DNA of 64,000 nt, taken from Eremomyces bilateralis CBS 781.70 (Eukaryota). Under the pieces are notes generated by a model, which worked only from the letters and a program-made list of their open reading frames with translations, had not been told where the DNA came from and searched no databases. Position 1 is the stretch's first letter. Each line of letters begins with the position of its first letter. A program made the translations under genes and the position numbers. The DNA is taken from the NCBI GenBank assembly GCA_010015585.1, contig ML975176.1; one strand, given 5' to 3'. Below are positions 50,301-61,527 of the stretch, piece after piece.

Positions 50301-50934
50301 GGAGGTATTCTGGCGGGATCGGGGGGAACTCGGAGTAGAGCGAAGTGTTACGACTTCCTTGCGATATCCTAGAGGCAGCATCGTCCTTTGCAAGTGCGTC
50401 TTTCCGCCCGTACAGACTCTCAGTGGCATTGCTCTGCGATGTCCGATAGCGTCCGGTATTTTGGGTACTAGGGATCGAGACCTGTCGTCGATTCGAGTCG
50501 AGTCCCAGAACACTCACCACCTGCGAGCCGACCATCAGCTGTAGGCTTCCATCTCCCTTTGACGGTTGTAGCTGCACGTAGATCGGCGAGCGCTCGGGTG
50601 GCTTTAAATGCGGACTGCCGACCGGATTGGACTGGCCGGCAGCGTTCTTGTGAAGTGGACTCCGTTCGGAGGTATCATGGAAGCATGCATGATGTCGGCA
50701 AGCGCACCATGTCTCGCCTTGTGACTGCTTGCTCGGTCCTTCGCTGCCAGACGCATGCTGCGGTCCTCCATTGCTCCAGAAGCGCCTACAACCACACGCG
50801 GGAGCTTTGGGGCCAGCGTTGATGTCTCGATAATTGCATGGCCCTTGAGGGAGCAGCGATGCATGCCTCACAGGTGTATCGTGAAGTTCTGATTGCCTAG
50901 GATCGGACGAAGGGTGACGGGCGAACGCCGCCAT
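47302..50934 (-). CDS. Uncharacterised 1210-aa protein: N-terminal Cys/His cluster, central coiled coil, globular segment, acidic tail
   Basis: Uninterrupted 3.6-kb ORF in a good start context (gccgcccATGG); C33,C47,C49,C77,C79,H81,H82,C84,H86; heptad-like LKNRVEALE/LRDVEDRLQILE; WEIEVVFLPWG and LRKIHRSSRLRFL blocks. Confidence 0.88.
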   Translation of the reverse strand: MAAFARHPSSDPRQSELHDTPVRHASLLPQGPCNYRDINAGPKAPACGCRRFWSNGGPQHASGSEGPSKQSQGETWCACRHHACFHDTSERSPLHKNAAGQSNPVGSPHLKPPERSPIYVQLQPSKGDGSLQLMVGSQVVSVLGLDSNRRQVSIPSTQNTGRYRTSQSNATESLYGRKDALAKDDAASRISQGSRNTSLYSEFPPIPPEYLLNSDELRPASQMGFPPNDLASERRILSSSRNIAANQGLGLMIPGALHGTPTPTVPDSPVPSTNHLSADGRTLDLGLDPALMQDAIGPTQVLPSFDVTTALPDIDWDGVIQDAADLATTGNTNTPDLTNFLQTLQEAKTVAATLSENTCQTSPPGHQTDTKAASGSQPLHSQSFQAAVKRLPSLLLQLSPLLSSLDDHIKKYPSISTSLTSLKNRVEALETTSFSVVHPEEVEEKFDQFDSRLLEIENKQDDHDRRLVSLDVEHDQQLWQRASNNGSTGSALVSFTSSAAMDAAETEEKLRDVEDRLQILETSAPPSFEAPWEIEVVFLPWGQDLRGVWAAARDFKQHTANTTQESEEWAQSRGLRSTSRISSLHEPKSSGWSSQAIQGWVEGEGELLYGKACNTSGIVYKRLRSRGLICDVVLTSPGAREVSTAIEKALGDVLIAIAGKGPFDGEAREARGQDETLGLLAKTIPLRKIHRSSRLRFLSPGEMVTSALWTAEFLASGIMMRGSGKKRLFVTHNAAYRQDKEDQAGGWTWQQLRELPRIYQNEELQNEELAQHEDEASVGHVAEADAKEACWAYHPSLDPVPSNQSSFASHASGSFSHRPNSSHNDQYSVEIDEGKSSMLYPQPERLRSSKETGMSEDVQGVFHPITPISEFPPLTTPRVLRTVSDPLAVNSHLQQPERRIASFGEAGPPTLKTSGIARPSSQLSPLKRGKAKRRRLEGALGDDFAMLDPIEPPSSPFQFAQQPDYAMPSRPSRHSRADSTGFSGAAWAPTPARSHDPGPEASDDFAYEFDDPKDLSGNPDEPAHPPVRPSTSGSVSTVPVAVLASTPGQYTRGYAPRSAVRGQTRISGSSGGNRRRSIRSITPCAYATPFSGPGGGYLRRGSGSAIGSNSGGGSINQGIAAYGGNDWAIDPSELGLMSVDDFEYEFGDDDGDDDEDDDREEQALRLSDVEGLERDEDDGDEEVWEGVAEDADTDQIEGEGEQRASPHRRR

Positions 50935-52282
50935 GGGCGGCTAAGGACTGCCACCAAGCGGATTCGACTTTCAGCATGAGAAAGCGATGCGTGGAATTCG
51001 TATATCGGATTAGTTTGCTTTCTAGTATTCGCAGATACGGGTCAGCGAGTCTTCATGAGATTCGAGGGTCGGTCTACGGTGAAGTACATAAATCTCCAGC
51101 TTGCATTCGTAACGTTCCATTAAGAACGGAATTCTTTCGCGAGCAATTGGCATCGATTGACAGGTCGCACGGGAAAACCAAGCTTAGAATGTGATCTATC
51201 GACAACGGAAGGTCGGTTTCCACTGAGTGACCTGTTTCAACGCTCAAACTTGAAGGTCCAACGAACTGGTTGACAGCGGGGAGCTGGGTATTTAACAGAA
51301 CTGAAACGAAAGGGATGCTACACAGAATGAAGAAGAAGCGGAAAGATTTGGAGGGCGTAGATTTTTGCTGCCTCCAGATGGGCAAGATGCCTCTCTCCTC
51401 TGCCCTGCAGGAGTGTTTCAACTTTCAAGGATGCGGGATGTTTACTGCAGGGCTAATACCGTTATGGTGGACTGGAGCGCGGAAGCTTGCCGCGAACTAG
51501 TCTTCGAGGTATGATTGGACTACGATGTGAAGGCATGCGACTCACGGTCGCAGATTTCTGGGGTTGGACGGCGCCTGGACGAGTTGCAGTCGAGAATCGA
51601 AATGCGTTCCGGCCGAGAGAGCGGACGTGTCAGCCTGGAAGTATAATACAGATTCAAGCCGATCTTATTCGACTGGTGGATTGGATAAACATCCCCGGCC
51701 AAGGCGGCCAGTGAGTGGATTTAGTGAACGGCCTCCAAAATCCTCAATAAGTTTCCAAGACAACGGAGTCACTGCGACGGGTGACGAAGGACCTACCCTG
51801 GTATCCGTAGTAATTAATACTGTTATGATTGGATGATGGTTGGTTTGGGGAAGATGGAGGATATGCGGAAGATGGACAAGTGACGAGGCGCGCGGGGTGA
51901 TGGTGTCTGTGCTGTGCATACGCCATACGGTTAATACAGTATCTGGTGCTGCGTGACTCATCACCTGCTGCCTGCTATCGAAATGCCGTGATAGCCATAA
52001 TGAAGCCAGGCCATTCTGGACACAGATGAGCAGCTGCTCTGGTCCTGCAGAGCGCGGAAACATGGCAGGTGAAGGGCTCTAGGTACCCCAGGTGTGTGAA
52101 AATATTAGGTATGTACCCCAAACTGAAGATATGGTATTATTATCATCGCCATCGACCGGTACATCCATGCCTGAACACAGGGTCATGTACAAGATCTTTA
52201 GAGGAAAAGGAAAAGCAAGAAAATATTATTCCGTATATTGGTAAACAACGTAAACACATCCGGATCGCCGTGAAAGTCATCA

Positions 52283-54980
52283 TCATCGTCGTCGTGAGCC
52301 GGAATGGGAATTCCCTCCCATTAGCAGATTCTCCGTTAACCTATGAAATACCTTACCTGCCCTTCCTCTGCCCGATAGTAAGTCCCCAAACGAATCTTCA
52401 CCACCCTCAGGCTTCCGTTGGCCATCCGAGTCGAACCTTGGCGGCAGATCGACTGTCTCATCCGAGTCCGAAGCAGGCGACCGAGACCGCGTCCGTTTTG
52501 CCTGTGCGTCATCGCTGCGGTGTCGGTATCCCGTCTCGGTAGCGGACTCGTCGTAATCGCTGTCGTTGGCGCCGCGTCGCTTCCGCGGATTCACCGCGTC
52601 GGGAGTGGTATCAGCAGATGGGGGTAGATCGAACTGGACCGTTTTTTCTTTGGATGGCGACGTTGCACGAGGCGTGGTCCCGCCCGTCGGCATGTCCACA
52701 TTTAAGGCTGCTAAACCATCTATATGACCGGATCAGTATGGATTGTCACGGCGGTTGGAGTGCAGGACAATTGCACCCACCAGTGACGGAATGCATGGAG
52801 TCGGGTGTGGCACTCACATTTTCAGGACCTCGATACCCTGGCGCTTGATTATATGGAGGCTGTTGCGGTGCCGGATATGGATCCTGAGGCGGGAGATTGA
52901 CCCCAGGTGGACCATAGTCTGCAGGATTATATGGCGGCTGGTTTCCGTAAGCTGGTTCTCCAAAGCCGGGATTTGGCGGTGGGTATTGCGGCGCCGCATT
53001 GGGTATGTGTTGAGGATACGGAGCCCCTGTACCTGGTGGTGGAGGGGCAAATTCATTGCTATGAGGGTAATAAGGTCCAGGAGGAGGCTCTTGATATTCA
53101 TTCGGGGGGGAGAATGTTCCGCTTGAGACCGTATCGTCGTCACGTTGGCCTAGAGAAATTATTAGCTCCTGATTTGCATCGCCATGCGAATACGTACGAT
53201 CGCGCTCTTTTTCTGCCTTCTTTCGCTCTCTCCGCTTCGTGGCTTCATGCGCAGCGAAACCTGCTGCCCCGGCTGCCCCGGCTGCAAGCGCAGCCTTGCC
53301 CATACCGCGACTTTTCGATCGTTTTCTCCCATGTCGATGACCGGAGCTTGACCTCGACGAACCCCGAGATTCAGGTCGACTACGATCGGAATGGACCACA
53401 ATCGGATCACCGCCGTATTCTATAAGATTCCCGTCACTCGCCGTTGCGCCTGCGGGTGCGGAGAATACCGACCTAGATCTTGATCTTGACCGGGACAGTG
53501 ATCGGGTTCGTGAGACCGAGCGAGACCGAGATCGGGACGCCTTCGCCTCCTTGCGCTGTCTCACTTTCTCATAGAGACCCGCTGCTGCCGCACTTCCAAG
53601 CCCACCAAGGACGACAGGAATGCCTTGCCGAACCCTGCTCTTGCTTCGTGATCGCCCCTTACGAGAGCGGCTCCGCTTACGTTCGGCGAGAGCCGCCAAC
53701 CCTGCACCAACCAGTCCGGCCTGAGCAACACGCCGGTTCCGGTGTTCCGGGTCCATATGTTTGCTGGTGGATCGGCTTCGAGGTGACTCATCCTCTGTGA
53801 CCGATGCACGACGACGACGAGAACGGCTTCGACGTTCGTCAGTCTTGTTATTGTTGTTACGTGTCGCCGCGTATGCAAGCGCTCCGATGGCCGCAAGACC
53901 ACCGACCGCCGCCAACGTCTTCCCTCGAGAAAGGCTACGGTGACGGTGATGGTGATGATGACTACGCGGTCCATCCCAAGACCGAGATCGAGACCGCATA
54001 TGGCTGCGAGCTCGATTCAAAGCTTCTGCACCAACCGCACCCGCAACGCCGTAGCCAAGCATTTGGCCTGCACGAGAGCCTGCTTCGCCACCTTTCTTCT
54101 TGCGATGATGGCGGACCAACGCTGCAGCACCAAGCCCAGCCGCGGCGCCTTCAACCCAATGACGTTTTCGATGAGGGCTTTCACTGTCCCATGATTCTTC
54201 TCGTCGAACGATCACAACGTCATCACTGCTATGGGATCGGTCCCGTCTACGCCCTCGCTCTTCGACATATGACTCACGCGGGCCTCTGTCGACTTCACGA
54301 GTGGTGCGCTCATAATAATAATCTTCCTCTCGGCGAGGTTCGCGTCGTGCCATTTGCCGGTCATCCACCGCCTCCGATCGCTCGATCATCTCGTATGGCT
54401 CATCTCTCTTTACAATGATTTGCTGAGGTCGAGTTTCTTGGATGATGATCGGTTGCGGTTCCGACTGGCGGATGACGATGGGTTGTGGAGGAGGCTCGGG
54501 GCGGGAGAAGTATTCGGTGGACTTGGAGTATCGTTGAAGGTCGTAGGGCGAGTCGTGGAGCCGATCGGGATCGCGTTCGAAGCGGAACTCTTTCACTCGT
54601 TCCGACGACGACGACCTGCTACGATCCCGCTCGACGCGGATTTTCGTCACATCGCGCCTCTCGCGCTCTCTCTCACGGGGAATCTCGTCGCGTTCGATAT
54701 CTCGTTCCACATAGCGGAAGGAGCGCACAGAAGCGCGTGGGTCGTCGTCACGGCGGTCATCTCGGTCTGATTCCCGCCGAGTGATGCGAATCTCTTCCTC
54801 TTCACGAGTGTCGTCGTGCGAGTGATCGGGGACTCGGTACTTTGTGACGGTCGTGTAATGACGGCCGCCATCGTCTCGGTGGGATCTTGTGTCCCAGCTC
54901 CGGTCACGATCCCAATCACGGTCGCGACGATCGTAGTCGCGGTCATATTCGTAGTAACGGTCCCGCTCGATGGTAGACAT
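52283..54980 (-). CDS. DUF3824-like Arg/Ser/Asp-rich, largely disordered fungal protein
   Basis: Exons 54980-53198, 53149-52781, 52719-52283 (last junction inferred from phase). RSRS and RD tracts, Gly/Ala hydrophobic repeats (EGAAAGLGAAALV), Pro/Tyr-rich YNPADY, C-terminal SDETVDLPPRFD. Confidence 0.78.
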
Positions 54981-56647
54981 GGTGAAGGAGGCTCCGACGT
55001 AAGAGGTGAGGCACTTCGACCCAAGCGATTTGCACCCTTATGTTAGGCTTGGGTTTCCGGTTGGGTTCGGATCGCTTCGAAATCACACTTGTTCAAGTAT
55101 ATCCGGAGAGATCGGCAACGTTGACTGCGCACCAATTTCAGACGACTACAGGTAGGCTAATGGGATCGGATGCTCGCGCAAGGCGGGGCGAATAATCGGC
55201 GCAAGCAGCAGGTAATATAAAAAGGTAAGGCGAAAATGAGGTAGGACAGAAAAAGGTGCGAGGTCAGGTGGATATGAGGCACAAGTTAGAGGGCAAGCAA
55301 GGCTGGATCGGAATCAGCGCTGTGAGAAGTGGGCTTGGACTTGGGAGGGGAGGGGAGGGGGGGGGGAAGTCATGTAATCAGGATGCGTGCCGGCGAGTGG
55401 CTGGTCAGGGGTGGTGACAGGAATGCACAGCAGACAGCAGTTTGAACCTTGGGGAGGAGGGATAGACAGGGTTCGGGGGCCGGAACAATGACACTTGATA
55501 ATACTTCTGTAGCATTTGAAAAGAGATGGTGCATTAGGGGAGAGAGGGAGACTCATATGTGTGAAGTGACTCAAGGGAGAGAGAGTGAAGACCGTCAGAG
55601 ACAAGAGAGAAAGAGAGGGGGGAGGGAGTGCCGGAAATAGGGGGTATTAGGGGTGAGATTTCTATGATTGTTATGAATATTATTGAATAATGAACCAAGC
55701 AAGGAAAACACGCCTGGTGACGTCGTCTGGTTCACATCAACCCCTCCCTCCTGGGTCTCTCGTCCTCACAGCCTCAAACCGTCCCTCTGCTTTCACTCTC
55801 GCTGTCGCTCAGAAACATGGAATATGAACCATCGGAAATCGGAGTGTGATGTTACTTAAGATGCCTCTTCATATCCAGGTCGGTATCCTGATGTCCAAGA
55901 GCAAGAAAGGGTCCATCAGTTCGGATCGTGCCAACCGCCAAACATCAGGCATCATTGGAGCCATCAACCATCAGATATGGGTGGAACATGAACGATGAAT
56001 GGCCCTCAGGCCTCAGGGTACAGCTGCTGAGTGCTAATTGGACTAGAGAGCCTCACGCTGGTTCGGGTCATGTAGTGTGCCCGGTCAGTGTCCTGTGGTG
56101 AGCAAAGTGGGCACAAGGCATCGACGCCCAGCCCGGTGATGATGCGCCCTATCCAGTTCATCGGCAATGGTCACGGAGGAGAATCATTCATATCAACCGA
56201 ATTCTTGATAGCCACGAGCTCCATGTTGGACAAGGAAACGCATCTCACATTTCCCTTTCGAGCTTGGTGCTTGCCGATTGTAAATTAATTTGTGGTGTGC
56301 TGCTAGGGTCCATCATCGCCACTGAAAACAATACGATGCCAGTACGGAGTATATACTGTGCTGGTAGATAGCTGGAAAGGAAAACCAGGACGCTCGACGC
56401 ACAAATCCAACGCCAACTATGCAACCTTCCAGGGTATGACTTCCAGAAACTCGGCCAGACGGTTGGCTATTGATATATGACCGGATCATGGCCAGGAAGT
56501 AATGCAAAGGGAGACCGGTCTGGATGATTGAGCTCCTTCCGGCCGCTAGGTCGAAGGCCGGCCTTGTGCGACTGCATGTCCGCATAGAAATTTCGGCTGC
56601 TTCTCCTCTCACATCAATCCAACTCAGCCGGATGAGACCACTATATC

Positions 56648-58083
56648 TCAACAAAACGCTTGAACGCCGGTGATGGCGCGACCCAGGATGAGGGCTAGTT
56701 ACACCGATTAGCAAACCATTCCCAACTACATCTTCGCGAGGACTTACCATGAATATCGCTCTGTCCCTCGTATGTTTGGGTGACGAATAGATTCGCCACA
56801 TGTCTGCCAATGTGATACTCATCGCTCGCCGCGTTGCCGCCAAATATCTCCTGCAGCCTGGGGGATGTCAGATTCGACAGCCTTCTTAGGTTCAATGCTT
56901 TACTCACACTCGGGCATTCACCAAGGCTCGGTCGCAATTTTGCCTCTTGATCATCGAAATCATTTCGGGCGTGGCCAGCCCTTGATCTTTGAGACGCGCG
57001 ACCTGGGCAGCAGCAAGAATTCCGAACGCGGCATCCGTAGAGGCATCCGCCAGCTTCTTCTGTATCAACTGGTACTTGGCCAGTGGATTTCCCTTGAACT
57101 GTTTCCGGTCTAGAGAGTACGTCCGCGCCCGGTCGATGCAATCTTCAAGCGCACCCATGACCCCCCACGCGATGCCGTGTCGGGCGGAGTTCAAGCAGCT
57201 GAACGGTCCTGTCAAACCCTCGATATCGGGAAACATGTTGGCTTCTGGCACCGGACAGTCATCCATCTGGATCATGCCGGTAATGGATGCTCGCAGACCG
57301 TTCTTGTGTTTCAACGCTGGGGTCTCCAGCGTTCCCGGAGGGCATTGATCTCTCTCGATCACGAAACCCCGAATCTTGCCTGTCTCTTGCAACTTTGCCC
57401 AGACCAGGAAAACGTCTGCGATGGGCGAGTTCGTGATCCAGGTCTTCGATCCGGATAGCGAGTAGTACCCCTTCTTGGAGGGATGCGGCTTGGCCACCGA
57501 TTCCATCGATCCAGGGTCCGAGCCATGGTTCGGTTCCGTCAAGCCAAAGCACCCGATCTTCTTGCCTTTGGCAAGGCCGGGAAGGAACTTTTCCTTTAGC
57601 TCTTCAGTGCCGTGTTCATGAATCCCACCCATGACCAGAGAGCTCTGGACGGACATAGCGGAGCGGTAACCGGAGTCAACGCGCTCGACGGCACGGGTAA
57701 TCAGACCGGACGCGACGCTGCTGACGCCCGCGCACTCGTAGCCTTCGATTGTAGCTCCCAGAAGGCCCAATTCTCCCATTTCCTCGAGAATCTTGGCATC
57801 GTAGTCCTCATTGCGATATGCATCTAGTATGGTCAGCGAAATCGAAGGATTCTAGCCAAGGTTGGACAATACCAAGGACGCGGGGTAACATCCGCTCTTG
57901 ACAGTAGGATTCCGCAGTCTCAGCGATAGCCAATTCATCCTCCGTGAACAATGCGCTCGCCTTCAATGGATCCTTCCAGTCGAAAGCGGTTGCGGAGCTT
58001 GCGTGCCGAAGGGGAGGATGCACGAGACCGGACGATCGCTTGCCCAGTTGGCGGGATGCCTGTCGCAACGCTGGCTTGAACAT
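56648..58083 (-). CDS. GCDH: Mitochondrial glutaryl-CoA dehydrogenase
   Basis: Exons 58083-57873, 57823-56908, 56857-56748, 56694-56648. Arg-rich presequence, [59 protein letters not shown]. Confidence 0.95.
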
Positions 58084-59029
58084 CTTGTAGAATTAACTTA
58101 AACGAGGAGTTTGTATAGAGGTATATGAAACCGGGGGAAACAAGAATATTTAATATATAAGTGGCAAGTCGCCCAGCAAGTCCGGGAGCGGTCCGAAAAG
58201 CTTCGGCTCATCAACTCGGATGTCAAATTAGAACAATAAGATAATGGAATCTTACGGAATACAACTGGAACCCGAAACTCGGTCCAGCGGCCAATAGCAT
58301 TTGTTTAATTTACCCCTTGGTCTGTTTAAAACGCGTTCGTGGTGGATTTGGCGCGGCCAAAAATGCTACTAACTCGGCAACCCGCTCTTCCCCCGTGCGA
58401 TTCATCTTCGTCCCGATCCCCAACCTCCTTTTAGCCGATTTCCGGATCTTCCATTTCTTGATTCTTTTCCTTGTCATCACCGACCACCATCGGTACGTAC
58501 CGTTAATGCTTGATCCTGGACGGAGAACAACCCATGAACTCAGCTCATCCCATCCCATCCCATGTTAGCATGCAATTGCGAGTTGCGCATCCCAAGAGCA
58601 GAGGAGCTGATGCCTTTGTCCTATCGTGGGTTTTCAACCCGCCTATACCGCCATGCCGACATGCAGATGCGGCTGAGATCAATTGGCCAAACATGAATGC
58701 CTTTGTCTTCTCAGATGATTCGCTAGACATTCAATGCTTTTTGTCTAATCTCACACCGATCTGACTGTTGCTCTCACAATGGGTGGCTGGTTTGTGCTGG
58801 ACGATCAGATCACCAGCCTTCCATCACACCCAGCCCACCGACAAAACTGCTTGCTTCATAGGAACAACCAATCATGGAGACCAAGATGGAATCTTTCGAG
58901 TCAACGTATATAGGGTGGCATGTCGCCTGCCACAGCACTGGCCTCTTCAATTTATTCTTCCTGTATTCCGTGTTCGTCCTTCATGTTAATACTATCGAAT
59001 TTTGAGCAAGTCTGAACCAGTACTTTACT

Positions 59030-59623
59030 ATGCCTTCATCCGACATGGCGCATAGGCCTGAAGTCTTGAACGACTCGATTTCTTGTCATCCAGCACTTTC
59101 ACCAACCACCCTATCCTTCGAAGGCAGCACTCCTTGGGGCAGTCCACCGTCACCGTCGAACCCCATCTCTTCCGTTCCCCAAGTCTACAAGAACCACGTT
59201 CACAGCAGTACATCATACATGTACGAGTCGGACGTCGATACAAGATCACGCGCTTCGAGTGTCTGTAGCACCACTTCCACAAGTTCGATCGGACGTCCAC
59301 TCCCGCCTCTCCCGACAGATGAGCCGGAGATGCCCCCTTCAAGTCTATCACCAAAAACTTCCATCTGGTGGATGAAACCTGCCTCATCACCGCCAGAATC
59401 GCATAGTAACTCGTCTTCGTCGCCCACAAGGCGCAACCATGCTTTACGACGGAAAATTTCCCCTCGTGGAGAAACGCTTCGAGCCTTGCGAGCCAAAGAG
59501 TCAGACGACTGCCTCCAGCGCGCTTACGAGAAACAGACTCTAGCATATCTGAATGAGTGGATCGCCGGGAGTGATCAATATCGTCACTCCGAGAGACGAC
59601 CTGGTTTAGTGCCGCTTTGTTGA
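59030..59623 (+). CDS. Hypothetical Ser/Pro-rich protein (197 aa)
   Basis: ATG-initiated ORF with protein-like composition (RPLPPLP; helical-looking LRRKISPRGETLRALRAKESDDCLQRAYEKQTLAYLN), followed by 3'UTR-like sequence. Confidence 0.65.
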   Translation: MPSSDMAHRPEVLNDSISCHPALSPTTLSFEGSTPWGSPPSPSNPISSVPQVYKNHVHSSTSYMYESDVDTRSRASSVCSTTSTSSIGRPLPPLPTDEPEMPPSSLSPKTSIWWMKPASSPPESHSNSSSSPTRRNHALRRKISPRGETLRALRAKESDDCLQRAYEKQTLAYLNEWIAGSDQYRHSERRPGLVPLC

Positions 59624-59956
59624 TCACCAGCGTGGAATTTCATTTCTAAGGATGGATTTGGGCGCCATGGACTTTTGCGGACTAAGGTGATGGAGTATTT
59701 CGCTACTTGTGACCTGCGCTAATATCATACGCTGGGTTGTTCACAGGGAGCTTTTTGGATTTCTAGATGCTTATGGACGAATGAGGATCTGTGAGATCAT
59801 GAGATGGATTACGATGGACGATGATCTTCATGAATTCTCCTATGTACGTTGATATGTTTATGAGTAACTTTTCGAAACGAAATTCAGGTTCATGGAAGAT
59901 CCCTCAACCATGGAGTGCTTAAAATTGACGAATTGATATCATCTACACCTCTGCGA

Positions 59957-61084
59957 TCAATCGATTCTACAGATAACCTTCCCCATCGTACTGTTCCCTT
60001 CTAACAACTGGTGGGCTGCGATAATCTCAGTCCAAGGGAATACCTTCTCGATGGGGACCTTCAACGTCCCATCCAGGAACTTTGGTAGTGCAAAACTGGC
60101 CAGATCATCCCGCAGCTTTTTCTGGTAGTTCTCATCCCGCGACCGAAGCGTGCTGCCTTCAACTCGAAGCCGCTTGAACAGGATCGGACCCAGATTGGTT
60201 CCGGCAGGGACCTCGAGACCTCCCATCAAACCCAACATCACCATCCGTCCATCCTTCGCGAGAGCCTTCAAGTTATCGGCAAAGTAGCTCGCCCCAACGA
60301 AGTCAATGATAACATCTACCCCCTTCCCCCCTGTCTCCTCCAGCACCTGATCGGCCCAATTGCTATCACCACCGGAGTTGAACGCTTTATTTGCGCCGAT
60401 CTCCTTCACAACGAACTCACACTTTGCATCGGAACGCGTAGTGGCGAAGACCGCGGATGCTTCTGCGATCTTGGACAGTTGGATCCCAGCGATGGAGACA
60501 GATGATGCGCCGGCGTGCCAAAGGATCGTTTGTCCTGGCTTCAAGTCGGCAACCAAATGGAGGGCCTGAAGAGCAGTGATCCAGGTCTCGGGAATGCCGG
60601 CACACAGTTCCCAGGACATTTCTTTGGGTTTGTGGATGAGCATATGGGTCGAGATGGCGATATATTCGGCATATGCCCCTAAGGCATTGTTCAGATATTG
60701 CACCAATGCCGACCCGCCCATTCACCGACGGAGTATCTCACCACCATATGCTAGTCCGAAAACTTCATCCCCTACTTTAAAGCCGCTCTCCGGGTTGGTT
60801 CCCAGTTCCTCGATCACCCCCGAGAACTCCACCCCAAGTGTCGTGGGCGCTTGTGGGGGGAGGGGATAATTGCCCTCTCTTTGGATTAAGTCCATACGAT
60901 TGAGTCCGAACGCCTTAACGCGCACGATGGCGTCGGAAGCTTTCGGCTGAGGATGAGGGATTTCATTGATGAAGAGTGCACTTGCAGGACCTTTACCGCC
61001 TTTGATGTCTAAAGATCATTAGCTATACAACTTCTCCGTAAAGGACTGGTTTTAGATACCAACGGCTCTCATTGTGGCACCCAT
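59957..61084 (-). CDS. NAD(P)H quinone oxidoreductase, PIG3/zeta-crystallin (MDR) family
   Basis: Exons 61084-61060, 61008-60742, 60678-59957. VKAFGLNRMD..LGVEFSG, LAYGGAYAEY, IPETWITA, WHAGASSV, GSTLRSRD. Confidence 0.93.
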
Positions 61085-61527
61085 TTCTGCTGCAGGATAA
61101 CGAACAGTCTATAAAAACCAGGTTGCGAAAAAATAATGGTTTAACGGTAGGAGATTTGATGGTTGCTGCTTACGGTATCTCTATACATATTTGGGGTGGA
61201 ATGCGTCATTATTAAGCTAGCCGCTGTAGCCCGGCATCATCGGAAGTTGAGATGGACGAGGAAAAGGATGAAATTCACTCCTTTCACTACCAATTTCAAC
61301 CTGCCAATATGCAGTACAATCCCGCAGAGGTCAACAATTGCCCTGCAAATGAATATACAATTTCTTGCTGTCTGGGTCAATGACAATCCGAATTCCATCA
61401 TCCCTAACCCGAAATCCTGACGCGGGGGTAGCTCAGACAATCCGACTGTGTCCGGATCATTCCATGCGCCCATATTGAGACATAATCAATCGTGCAAAAA
61501 TGTTGGTATCATAAGAAATCATTACAA

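Noticed and set aside
61402..61410. CCCTAACCC telomerase-template-like 9-mer
   Set aside because: Sits in a ~440-bp intergenic gap, too small for the ~2-kb filamentous-fungal telomerase RNA.
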